This document shows positions 1 to 11,398 of a stretch of 64,000 bases of DNA, in pieces (position 1 is the stretch's first letter; each line of letters opens with the position of its first letter). Under the pieces are notes generated by a model. That model did no database searches and had not been told where the DNA came from. It saw only the letters and a list, made by a program, of their open reading frames with translations. Source of the stretch: Obrimoposthia wandeli (Eukaryota); assembly GCA_977020255.1 (NCBI GenBank), contig CDROCS010002126.1:372001-436000 (forward strand). The letters run 5' to 3'. The position numbers and the translations under genes are program-made.

Positions 1-1986
1 CAAAAACCTTTTACAATGCTGATTTTAAACCCAGTTCAGTTTTAATATGACGTATATGTAATCAATTTAATGCACTGATTTAAGTGAGAAATGAGTTAGC
101 TTGTAGTCAAAACACATAAGAGGACTAGCTGTGAATTAACGCAAAATACTGATTTGCATAAGAGATAAAAATAAATAAAATATTTTAAATTAGAGGACTT
201 TTGTATGATAAATATTTATAATTATAGCAATGCAAGTATGAATGAAGCAAATTTTAAAATAATTTTCAAAAGGTTTAGTTGAGTCCTTTTACTAAAAAAT
301 GTCCTAAGAACGCTATATTCTCAACTAATTATTGTTTTAATGTTTATTATTATTTAAATATATTACAGTTATATTTTTTACCGTAAACAAAAGTCAAATT
401 CCACAAACACAATATATATTTATAAAGGTATACACGGCATTTTATAAACAAATCTTCTCAGTAGGATATTTCTGGTTTCTGATTACATACTTTCCCTTTC
501 ACTATTCAAACTTGCACTTTCTCAGCCATTCGATTCTCATGGGGAGGATTCCCCTTAATACTGAATTGATTCCTTTCTTGGACTCAAAAATTCTATTATT
601 TTAATTGAGCCTACATACTTGTGTCCTCTATCTACGTCTAACAGGCATAAAAAGGTATTCATTTATTCATTCAAAATTATCATTTAAATATCATTTTTGA
701 CAAGTTGATACTGACGGGGTCATTAGAGCTATAATAATTCCTGTGATGTTAGTAGGTAGATGTGGGACTTCTGGAACAAAGCCTCCTGAGGACAAGTTAA
801 GGTCACGATAAGGACAAAATGTAGGTCATGACCTCATGAGGTCATGACCTCCGAGAGGTCTTTGTCCTGAAAGACACACATCAAGTAGAGGGGTGTGCAT
901 CTTTCAGGACAAAGACATTTTGAGTCATACCCCCACGGGGAGGGGTCATGTCATCATGAGGTCAAGGTCATTTAAGATCATGATGAGGTCAAAACGATGA
1001 CTCATCCTATGACTAATCGATGACTCATCGATGACTCATCGATAACTCAATCCATGACTCATTTTCTACTTTTAGTAATATACTTTAAAACTATATATCT
1101 TTTTATCTAAAGGTTGGATTAACACGCGGTCTTCACCAAAAGACATCTCATGTGTGTGTGTGTGTTCAATCTTAAATTATATAATTTCTAATTTTTTAAA
1201 AACTATCTACTCATAAAAATAAGTATTAAATAATTTCTAAATTTATTTAAACTAAATTCAATTAAACTATCTACTTATAAAAAATAAGTATTATATAATT
1301 TGATACATATGTTTAAACCTTCGTGTAAGTCTTTAACAAAGACAGTCACGTACTGCATCTATATTGCAAATACTTGCAACTTTATGTAATCAATACTAAC
1401 AAGCCACGTACTACATTTATTTTTTTACATGTATGCATGTTAGTGTGTAACAAAGATAGTATTGTACTATATTTATTCTTTTACATCTGTGTAACAAAGA
1501 CAATCATGTACTGTGCTTCGGAGGTGGCAGGAAAACATAACAAATAAGACTTCTTCAACTTCTTTATTCATTGAGTTCTTCATCAAAATATTTCTAGTAA
1601 CATAGCATTATAAATCAATAACATTTTTAAATTAATTTATTACTAAGGTTTTTATATTACCAACTTGGTAAAACACAACAATTAAAATACATTAAAAATA
1701 CTCTAAAATATATTAAAATACTTTTACATAAAAATATGACATCCATTACCAGATCCATTACCCGCCCATCATCGTCATCTCACTGCCCACTATTGAATTT
1801 ATTTCTAAAAATATTTAATATATTTAATTCTTTCGGAGGTTCTTCAACATACTGCATCTATATTGTAAACACTTGCAACTTTATGTAATTACAAATAATT
1901 TCTAAATAAAGACAAGTATTTTTGAAACATCTATTCCTTAAAATCACAAAGGAGAGTAAAAATATATACATATACATTTAAAAAGT

Positions 1987-4900
1987 TTATACAATTTCGT
2001 CCGGGTATAAAAAGTGGCCATAGGCAACTGATTGATTTTTATCTACTCACTTGCGTTTATTATCGCTACTGCTTAAGGCAATTTTAATTAAGCTTACAGT
2101 AAAAGTTGATGATTTAGCGAGCTTATACATTGTTGTTGTACACGCTCGCTAACGCCACTCTCATAGACGGCCAGGTAATTAGAATGTCTAATACTCGTCT
2201 TTTGGAGACTAATACTCTTAGCTCTGATCTGAGATTCACCTTCTGTAGTCTCTGAGCTATATGATGTTGGACGTAAAAAAAATCCCTTGCCTATAGCTAA
2301 ATAATCCCTTGCAGTCATCTTTAAATTTGCCTATCGCTGTATTAAGCGTCGTATAAAGCGGATGGGTTTTTGGAAATTTCGAGGTATCCAACAGTCCATC
2401 AGTAATCATAGCAGGTAACAATGTTTCTTGAACATTTATATTATTGCACTTCAAGAAAAAATTATCAGTGTCACCCGCTATAATTCTAATGGCACAGTTA
2501 AATTGAGTTCGATATTTCTCCAACTGCTCAGATTGTAGCTCATAAATACGAAGTTTGCTTAAATCTAATACTGCCTGGCCCATGTAACTAGGACGATCCA
2601 AAACAATATTTTACTTATCCAGTAAAACTGCAATAAGGTCCGTATCGATTTCGATTATCCTACGATAGGTAACCAGCTTCTGTAGAGTTTTACAATTCCG
2701 GAGGTTAATTCTTTTCATTAGATTCTCAATGAGTTTTCCAAAAATAAGAATTCATCTTAAGTTTGTAGTAATCTCGCTCGAAATCTGTTGTAGCTGCAGC
2801 TCTTTTAAGATAATTTTCTTCAATATATTTTGAAAAAACATTAGTTTGTTCAAACTGTATTGCTCTGTATACAAAATCTACTTTAGCACCAAGTCTAACG
2901 TACATTTGTAGCAATCTAGAATGCACAACATAGTGTTTCTTAGGGTAATGTGTTAGTAATAATATTTCAGTCTTACATTCTGGTGGACGCTGTTTAATCG
3001 GAGCAAGGAAAGATCGTCGAATTTATTATGTAGCTCATTGGGAATGGATAAATCTATTTCCAATAAATGAGCGAAGCGACTACAGGATAAATCTACTGAT
3101 TTTAAGCTAGACATAATATTCCCCATCTCTAACCGATCATTCACCAAGGAAAAGTTACCACAACGTAAAAACTGGAACATTGCCCACCCGTACAAGTTAT
3201 TTACATCAATGTACAAAAGTTCAGTACCGTTGATGGTGTCCACCTTGTGTTTATTCACGAAGGTCATGCCCTACGAATCCCGGAGCGAAAGAGATGGTAC
3301 ATATCCGGATCCTGGATGAGCTCGACTCGTACAGGAGGAGCAGAAGAAGAAGAATCCAGGCGAAGCAGTGACTTGAATGCACTCGCGAAAGTCAGTCCTG
3401 GAAATAAAACATTTATTAAAATCATTACTTAGTGAAAATCATTACTTAGTGAAAAGTTACTTAATAAAAATTACTTGGTGAAAATTTACTTGGTGAAAAT
3501 TTAGTTGGTGAAAATTAATAAAATACAAACCAGGGATGGAGAAGAAATTGAGCGGCTCCAGTTCGTCGTCAGCAATGGCCTTGGTTCGGAATGCTGTAAA
3601 TACATCTGCTAGAAGGTAGACGTCCATCTTCATATAGACCAGCATATAGTCCCAGAGCGATGTGCAGCCGCTCTGAGTCCAGACCATCTTCGCCATCTCA
3701 TATTGAGCTGGCTTGATCTTCTCATCCCACTTTGGTGGTAAGCTAGTGATTGCATGAAGAGCAGTCTCTGATACTGCCATACGGCAAGATGCCCTTAGCG
3801 CTCACCAGATGTTGCGGAAAGACCGAATGTGTTAGAGGAGTCATATCCAGGTTATCCACAAGTATTTCAAGTCCGCTGTTCAAAAGTTGCAAGGAATCTT
3901 TAAAGCGAATACAGACTCCTGTAATCATGTGTGTACCCTGTTGTGGCTGCAACGGGAGACATGAGCATACCGGTCGAGATTGGAAGCTGAATCTGATGAT
4001 GTATTCCATGTGGCAGCAGCACAGCCCCAAAGTTCGAATAAACAGCAAAAGGCAGATAAATTGTTTTTGAAAAGTCCTTAAACTCAATATGCTTTTCTGT
4101 CAGCATTGAATAAAGCGTTGTATGATCTAAATTCATCCTACAGAGTGGAACGTGTTTGGCGTAACTTATTGCTTTCTGGAACCCATGCAGACACTTATGG
4201 CACCAAGTACACTGGATGCGATTAGATACACCTCTGTTCCTATAATTAAGAAGCCTATTGAGTTTACAAATATCAACATAATGGAAATTATCATTATTTT
4301 CTAAAAGGAGAATATTGATTGGCTTAGCGACCGGGTTTGTGGTTCTGTAAATTACATCCACATAGGGATATTTAAAGATATCCCTATTTGTTTGCATATT
4401 AGAAAACCTATTGAATGTAAATACGTTGATTGAGAGATATGGATTCTTTCTCTCAAATCGCGGTATAGTGCAGACGCATCGGCATCTCATTCTCGTCAAA
4501 AACTAATTGACTCAACAGGGCATCATATTGATTAACCCGATGAGGATTAGAGCGAAATACGTCGCGGAAAGGTACAGCTAAGATACTGTAAAGGAAACAA
4601 AAGGTGTTAGAGTTCTGCACATTGATAACGTAATGTGAGAGTGCTATTTCAGATGGATTAGGTATATAACAACTACCCTGGAGATAGTTCATTGTTGTTG
4701 TTTTAGTCACAACAAACGAAATCTCCAGGAAGCGGTTCACTACCCAAATACTGCTACTCTGGAAATAATTCTCAATCTTCTTATTGATCCCATCTACTCC
4801 TGCATCTATAAACCCATCATCCATGGGGAGCCCTCTATTGGAAAAATTCCAAGCACGTGTTTCTCCAATATTGGAAAATTCAACACGCACCCCGAATTGC

Positions 4901-5067
4901 ACCTTACAAATCGCAAACATGCTGTCTGTATCTCTTAAGCTAGTCAAAAGTGACTCGGTAACTTGTAAATAAATTACATCGTCATTAGAAACATCTAATG
5001 ACAATGTCTCAATCGTAGCCCGAAGACTAGTTTTTTGCTTAACGGCATCAACCCTGGGAGACTTCAC
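1987..5067 (-). pseudogene. POLB: Protein-primed family B DNA polymerase of Polinton A, multiply frameshifted
   Basis: Polinton PolB motifs occur in order across the ORF fragments: GSCYIP..VINVQN..CFLYSILA; IPRFERKN..INVF; PFAVYSNF; IRFKDS..KGILPY; YMKMDVYLLADVFTAFR; YIDVNNLYGWAM (motif A); YKLKMNSYFWKT (motif B); GDTDN (motif C); LRPTSYS; ALSSSDNKR..AYGH. A large in-gene deletion appears near 3990-4040. Confidence 0.95.
3398..3530 (-). other. Putative phase-1 spliceosomal intron inside Polinton PolB
   Basis: Minus strand reads ATC CCT G|gtttgtatttt...gttttatttccag|GA CTG ACT TTC GCG AGT GCA TTC AAG. Removing these 133 AT-rich bp restores FFSIPGLTFASAFK..VELIQDPDMYHLFRSGIR, matching the recalled Polinton consensus (PGLSWDAMLK..LELLTD.DMY...GIRGG). 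Confidence 0.78.
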
Positions 5068-5100
5068 AACAGAGCTACCTGAAGTGGATATAACACTTCT

Positions 5101-5560
5101 CTAATGGGTAGATGCTGGTAACAGCGCGGGAACCATATCAACTGTTGATGAAGGAGGCATAACTGGAAACACAGTAGTGGGTACAGCAGATGCAGGAGCA
5201 TAAATTGGTGCAGCAATTAGATAAGTAATTGGAGTAGATACTGGAGCAGCAATTTGCGCAGTAATTGGCGAAGACAAATAAGCAGCAACTGGAGCAGCAA
5301 CTGAATCTTGAGAAATGGTAGCAGGAGAAGCAGTCATATTACTGTGTTGTCTCTCTTAGAAGATAGCCTTCTTGCCACATTGCTGGAAATGGCGAAGATG
5401 GGTGCGATCACGCGCCATAAACTTCAACCAATCAATTTCCTCCGCGGAGAGACATACTGAACAGACGTAGAAGAGTTGTCCATTGAACTTCTGCCCAAGA
5501 AGCTCTTCATTTTCGAATCACATTCCTTGTGAATCTCTTCAAAACGAAGTTTTTATTCAT
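5101..5560 (-). pseudogene. Possible N-terminal extension of PolB (Cys/His motif region plus Ala/Pro/Thr-rich linker)
   Basis: Ala/Pro-rich ORF at 5101-5337. Upstream broken reading YVCSVCLS..RTHLRHFQQCGKK resembles a Zn-binding motif. Lies directly upstream of and co-oriented with PolB. Confidence 0.4.
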
Positions 5561-5738
5561 ATTGCAATTCTAGAAAGAAAAATAATAAATATAGAAATAT
5601 CAAGAAACTTACCATTTTCAATTTCGTTTATAATATAGAGTTATTTGTTGTTTGATGCTTGCTTATATACTATTTTCAAACTAGTATTAAACCAATAAGA
5701 TTCATTTATTATTTAAACCAATCAGAATTGAAAATAGT

Positions 5739-6170
5739 TTAGTGATTAATGTAAGTAGTTGATTTTTCATTAATATTTAAATAATCCAAACTAGCCGCAA
5801 AGCATTTCTTGTATGCACAATGCTCTCCTTGTTTAATATATGGACATTTGATATTTGATGGATTTAATCGTTTTAATGTTTTCGAGTAATTTATCACTCT
5901 AAATTCAGGAAAATATTTATTGATTGTCTTTATTTTAGCTTCATTATATTCATCCAAAACAAAGAAAATTGATTTGGATACATCACAACAACGTTTTATT
6001 TCCTCAGTTATTTCTTTTATCTTTAAATAACTATTACTATCAACTAGTTTTAGTCGATGGTAATGCTTAATGAGATATCTATTTATTTTTCTTGATTTTC
6101 TATCCATCATACTCCTTTTAAAGTTGCATTTTAAAAACATAATGTTAAGGATAGAAGATTGCATCCACAT
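5739..6170 (-). CDS. Polinton A ORF of unknown function (Lys-rich, C-terminal CxxxxxxxxCxxxxC)
   Basis: Intact 143-codon ORF between protease and PolB, co-oriented with the cluster. No recognised motif. Confidence 0.5.
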   Translation of the reverse strand: MWMQSSILNIMFLKCNFKRSMMDRKSRKINRYLIKHYHRLKLVDSNSYLKIKEITEEIKRCCDVSKSIFFVLDEYNEAKIKTINKYFPEFRVINYSKTLKRLNPSNIKCPYIKQGEHCAYKKCFAASLDYLNINEKSTTYINH

Positions 6171-6286
6171 CCATTATACATAGTTCCTTTATTACAAATT
6201 CAGTATTATTATCAATAAAAGCTTCAAAATCAATAAAATAAACAGACATTTTTTATACAAATAATTTTATTTGATATTATTTATAT

Positions 6287-6645
6287 CTATTGTTTATGCT
6301 TTAACCAAAGCAGACAGAGTCGTCTACATGACTGTGTTAAAACATTTTGATAATGTTTCTTACTAAAATGTACTTTCTTTCCAGAGTCAAGTACTGTATA
6401 TACTAATTTAGAAGGGTAATATATCCCATAGGGATCAAAAACAAAGATTTAATTTTCTTTAACATGTATTGCAATCCAATGTCCACCGCGCAAATTAGAT
6501 GAATGTGTATTGATTACATATCCACCTAGACGAGTCAAGAGGGGATATGATCAAGAATGTAGACTCCATTAAAATGCAAACCGAGTAGTTTTCTGCCGCT
6601 TTTTGTTATCTCGATCGAACTAGATTATATAATAATCAATTCATT
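6287..6645 (-). pseudogene. PRO: Adenain-like cysteine protease of Polinton A
   Basis: Manual translation: GYVINTHSSNLRGGHWIAIHVKEN*IFVFDPYG..YQNVLTQSCRRLCLLWL. This shows the HW, FD and Q..C catalytic-triad pattern, with an internal stop. Confidence 0.85.
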
Positions 6646-6704
6646 CAAACTGACTTAATTCATTTATATATTATTTTTTTTGTTTTTTCTTGTTTTCATT
6701 CTGT

Positions 6705-7899
6705 TTATACTAGTACTGTTCCTCCTTTGGTAATTTGAACCTCAGAATCAAATACTCCATAGATTATAATATTAGTAGGATGTTCAAGTGCTTTTGTAAA
6801 CTTGATTTCTACTTTCAAATTTCCCTGTTTAGGGATTTGAGCTTGATTAATATCGAAATCTGGAGAGAGAACAAATGGGAACAGTGAAATCAGTCATTGA
6901 AATACCAACATTAGCATCCTTATTCAAATGACCAAGATTTCTAATTAAAGATTGCACATAAGAAAACAAATAATCATTATTTTCAAAGTCATTCGTATAA
7001 GTTTCTTGATAATCGATATTTAGTGTAAATTTAATTAAACTCACATTCATAGGTCCAAATTGAGAAACCTCATTTTTAGACTCACTTCCATAGGTAGAAG
7101 TGTTTTGGAAAGCAATTAAAACAAAGTTTAGAAGTTGCATATCACCAAAAATCTGATCCTTGTAATAAGATAGTGCTCCCGTAGGGATAGCATGAGAAAC
7201 AAGATTAGTTTTTCTAATAGGATAACATGCATTTTGCTTCTCCAACCCTATTCGATGTGCAAGGAGTACAGATGGTTCCACCCTTACTCTATGAACCAAC
7301 AGTTTTGCCTCCGTAATCTCAATTGCTGCTTTAATAGTATCAGTGCAAACAACACTAAAACCTATTGGATTTCTCTTCATTCGAATATGTGCACTTTGGT
7401 TGCTTAAATAAATCCAAATAGAGACTCCCATAAAGTGACAATACTTTAGATTTCGCAATCGAAGCTTTTCTTATTTTTTCATCATCATCAAACTTAATTG
7501 CATCAAGATTAATCAATTTTGTATCATTACCGTAATTCAGAATTGTTTCAATCATTGCTTTATGGGTGTAAATAGTATTATTTCCCTCAACTTTCACATT
7601 ATTGAGACTGAGAATCACATCCTTGAAAAGAGTATGAAACATGAAATTAGCTGATTTGATATCTAAATCATCATCCAAATCACCTCCTTCTTCCTTTGTA
7701 ATTTTCAATTTAACAAGAAATAAACTATCATTCAAATCAAGATATTGAGTATTTTATCTATTTATATTGAATTCTAAATACGGTGAAGATGTCCTGTTAA
7801 TCGTATTTTTTGAAAAAATTATTCAAAACTAGCACTATCAACCACAACCTGAGGTATATGTTTATCGAATATACACAATTCAGTTTTAGCACAACTCAT
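6705..7899 (-). pseudogene. MCP: Double jelly-roll major capsid protein of Polinton A, frameshifted
   Basis: N-terminus MSCAKTELCIFDKHIPQ; LEFNI..YLDLNDSLFLVKLKIT; HTLFKDVILSLN; ITEAKLLVHRVRVEP; C-terminus QGNLKVEIKFTKALEHPTNIIIYGVFDSEVQI. Confidence 0.9.
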
Positions 7900-7985
7900 T
7901 ACTTAAAAATTGTTCCACCTAGTTTCAAACGTTTGTTTATACCTGATGCTTTAGATGTTTTCTTACGTTTATAACCACTTCCCTT

Positions 7986-8261
7986 TTAAGTTTTCTTTCT
8001 CAAAAATTCAGCTAGACTTGGTGAAATTTCATTCACCTGATCCAAGGCTGCATCCTTTAGTGTGGGAAGAAATTTCTCATCACCAGACAAGTATTTTGAT
8101 CCAACATTAGCAATAAATTTCCTGAGTCGCTTGAGTAGTGGGAAAGCAAACCGACCAAAAACTTTCATCCATCCTGATCCATACTGTTTTCCCACAAAAG
8201 AAGGCAAATCACCTCCTATCATGGGTTTACTATACGCATCGATTATACTTGAATCAATCAT
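7986..8261 (-). CDS. Small conserved Polinton virion/core-type protein (FxGxQxGxG motif)
   Basis: Intact ORF MIGGDLPSFVGKQYGSGWMKVFGRFAFPLLK between mCP and MCP. MIGG|D fits the adenain cleavage consensus (M/I/L)xGG|x. Confidence 0.7.
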   Translation of the reverse strand: MIDSSIIDAYSKPMIGGDLPSFVGKQYGSGWMKVFGRFAFPLLKRLRKFIANVGSKYLSGDEKFLPTLKDAALDQVNEISPSLAEFLRKKT

Positions 8262-9265
8262 AATTTACGAAAATGAACCGTTAAACTTGTTTTAGCTCCG
8301 TAAGCAAATGTAATTAATCTTCCAGAATCATTACGTATATTAACTCTAATATTGTTTATAAAAGAAGAACTCACTGGATTTTCAATTGGAATATGTATAA
8401 CATTTCCATACTTGTGCTTTTCCTGTTGAATCCAAATTGCTTTTATTAATGGAAGTTTAGTTCCTCCTACGAATATTGGTTCAGTAATACTTGTGTAAAT
8501 ATAAATTTGATTATATGCATTAGTTATTTTAGGAATAACCTTTGCTTTGAAAACTTTATTTTTATTTTCAAATTCATTTTCATCAAAACCGTTAATTGAG
8601 GTTAATGATTATCCATGACAACTTTACCATTATTTGATTATAACTGGAATTGAATCACTTTATTAACTAGTTTAAAGTTTTCAAATACATTTGGTAACAC
8701 TGTTTTAAAATGTTTACAATGCTTTCACTATCGGGAAAAATACAATCATTGGGAACTGAATATATTTTCCTCTCTTGTTTAGTGAATCTGCTTTTTATCT
8801 TGAATGTAATTATTGGATACTTCATATGTTTATCCATAATTCCCGAAACCACATGCTTTCTTTTATCAGGGTTAGTTGGAAATCCATATTGTTCCGCAAC
8901 AATCTCATCATTTAAAAACTATTTCAAAATTATCACCTTGTCCTATAATTTGAATTCTATTCTCTTTTTAAAAAAGATTGTGAAATCATCTCCTGCCTTA
9001 ATACGAGCCAAATCCATTTGACCCTTATCAAATAGTAAAGTCACGTCAGTTAACTTGTCAGCTTTTTATTGAGTAATATATTCAACCTCAGTTTCACTTT
9101 GAATATATAGAGGAGAGTAATTGAAAAAAAATCCGTAAGAGCAGCTTTTCAAGCACCTGGTAAATTGATTGAGCTTTGATAATCAATACTAAAAGTATTA
9201 GCAGTATTATTCGGCTGAGTTAATGGTGAACCATTACTTGATAATACAACATACATTGCATTCAT
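8258..9265 (-). pseudogene. mCP: Minor capsid (penton-like) protein of Polinton A
   Basis: N-terminus MNAMYVVLSSNGSPLTQPNNTANTFSIDYQSSINLPGA*KAALT; C-terminus IYTSITEPIFVGGTKLPL..NNIRVNIRNDSGRLITF..SLTVHFRKL. Contains stops and frameshifts. Confidence 0.85.
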
Positions 9266-9675
9266 TCTATTTGAGAAGCTAATATCCAACTAGGTTCAGT
9301 AAGTATATCCATGCCACTTAACTTGATATTGTTTATGCTTTCCTCTCCATTTTGTCTCTAAGATTTCTTGAATTCTATATACATTTGGTTTCTCAGGTAA
9401 GACTTGTAATTCCTCATGATAAAATTTACCCGTGATTACATTATTGCTCTCATCCTCAATGAAATACATTACCGGCACATGTTTATTATCAATTTTAGTT
9501 ATACAAAATACTTCATCACTCCAATTCTATTTGAAATTCTTTATAAAAGGAGAAGTACTAATTTTAAAAATACGTACATAATCACTAACTTTATACTTGG
9601 ATTTCTTTACAACTTGACTTTGGTTACGACGTTGCCAAATTTCCATAGGATTCTCATCTGTAACATCTATAATAA
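9262..9675 (-). pseudogene. INT: C-terminal part of the retroviral-like integrase with chromodomain, Polinton A
   Basis: KYKVSDYVRI..PFIKNFK*NWSDEVF..YFIEDESNNVITGKFYHEELQ..YRIQEILET..YQVKWHGYT-EPSWI. The catalytic core is missing (5' truncation). Confidence 0.88.
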
Positions 9676-10439
9676 AGAAATATAATAAATTTGGGAAGAC
9701 TAACAAGTATAGAAATAGATGATAAGAAAAGTTTGAATTAGTAAATTTTTTTAAAAACTGTAAAAGATAAATAAGCTAAAGAAAGATATATTTTATCTTT
9801 GGAATTTTAATACCTTTAAAATGTCAATTGTTAGAGGAAATGCAGGTGCTGCTGATAAGATTGCTACTGTAGACCAAAAATTTAAATAGTCGAAGCTGAG
9901 AAAGGAAAAGTTAAAAAAGAAATATGTTAATACTTATGATGGTAGAGGGGTTAATGATTTTCTTAAGAATATTTTTTATAATGATAAAAGTATAGAAATT
10001 AAAATTATTTTATTTGTAAAGTTAAAAAGGGTAATCATGAATAAGAAATATTTTTAAAATCTTATGGTGTTAAGAAATAAATAGCGTTTATATTTTAAGA
10101 TTCTCAAAGTATGTCAGCATTTAAATTTTTATATATATTTTATAAAAATTGAAAAATTAAAACGGAAATTGTTGGTTAGATCTAAGATTATTTTTGACAG
10201 TTTTTTAATTTTTTAATTTTATTGAAAATTTCAAGAATAACAAAGATTTTTTGTTGTAAAATGTTATAAAAATGCAAGCAAGGGGAAATGGAGATTGTGG
10301 ATCGCTATCCAAGTAATGAGTGATAACGACGAAACTTGGGTGGTGATCTGTAGTCTCTATTATCTCATTACTACAAAAATATAATTAATATAGCACTAAT
10401 ATATAATAAATATACGATTTATTACTCTAAAGCACTTCC

Positions 10440-11398
10440 TGTTCTCCATTATTCTTCATTATATTTAAAAAATATTAAAGTCTTTAATTGCTTCTTAACT
10501 TTTATAAACATTTTTACAGTTTCATATATTCATTGGTAGAAAGCAATAATGATTTAGAGAATTAATTTCAAATATTACATCACTCTTTGTTATTTGAGAA
10601 TTTCTTTACCAACCAGAAGTCATAATCGTTTATCCTAAGATGCATATACAAGCTCATTCAACCAGGCTCGAAAAGATCACATAAATGTTTGGGTTTTTAT
10701 GAGATAATTTATGTTTTGATTATATGTAGGATTTGGAATTCGATTCAGGTATTGATCGGTAGCCAATGAAGATCCAATAAGTGTTCACATGTACTAAAAC
10801 TTTTATTTAATTTGAATATAATAGTTTAAAATTATTTGAAAGCGATTTAATTGATAAACTAGAATAGTAAACAGTCTTGATTCAAGTCTTGATATAAAAA
10901 TCGAATGTGTTAGCATAGCTTTTATCTCAGTAGTAAAGTATTTTCTTATTAGATAAATCTTTTTTATGAATGTTGTGTGTTCTCAGCACTTTATTTATTT
11001 GACAATTCATTGTAATATTTCATTTTTGGATGCAACCAATGTTCTTAATTTGACTTTTATATTTAATAATAATTTCACCGACATTTATAAAACTTTTATA
11101 ATTGGTATATATTATTTTTAGAACCAAATTACATAGCCTTGATTTTATTTTTATTAATCTTCAATTGTCTTGATTTTATCCATATAGTTATTTCGATAAA
11201 AAAATTCAATATATTTCTCTCATTAGAATCAAAATCAACATAAAGTTGTGTATCGCCAGCTCAAAGATGGAAATGAATGTTGTATTTCTGAATATTAGCT
11301 ACGATTGAAGAAGAACAAATCAAAAATGGGATTATATGAAAAATCAAATCTGGCAATGACAAAATTATTTAAATATTCAGGATATTGAGTATTTAACT
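10440..11398 (-). mobile_element. Degenerate L2/CR1-type LINE ORF2 3' fragment
   Basis: Minus-strand EHLLDLHWLPINT*IEFQILHII (L2-type LHWLP..RI.FK motif) and FHL*AGDTQLY (YADDTQLY). Homologous to copies near 55.1 kb and 60.8 kb. Confidence 0.7.

Larger units (their letters stand above)
751..9700 (-). mobile_element. Polinton/Maverick remnant A (one terminus plus decayed gene cluster)
   Basis: Begins AGTAGGTAGATG at 751, the same AGTAGGT start as the two TSD-flanked elements in this window. It is followed by a palindrome-rich GC segment and a co-oriented minus-strand cluster INT-mCP-small protein-MCP-PRO-ORF-pPolB. No partner terminus found; truncated near 9700. Confidence 0.88.

Noticed and set aside
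230-244. 15-mer ATGCAAGTATGAATG identical to 12506-12520
   Set aside because: An isolated short match in AT-rich DNA with no extended homology seen.
430-750. Possible Gypsy-like integrase remnant on the minus strand (STCQK; GNPPHENRMAEK)
   Set aside because: Too degenerate to support without a profile search.
3455-3515. Intron repeats (AAATTACTTG) resembling the satellite motif GTAAATTACTTGAAG
   Set aside because: Only a 10-bp AT-rich match; could be chance.
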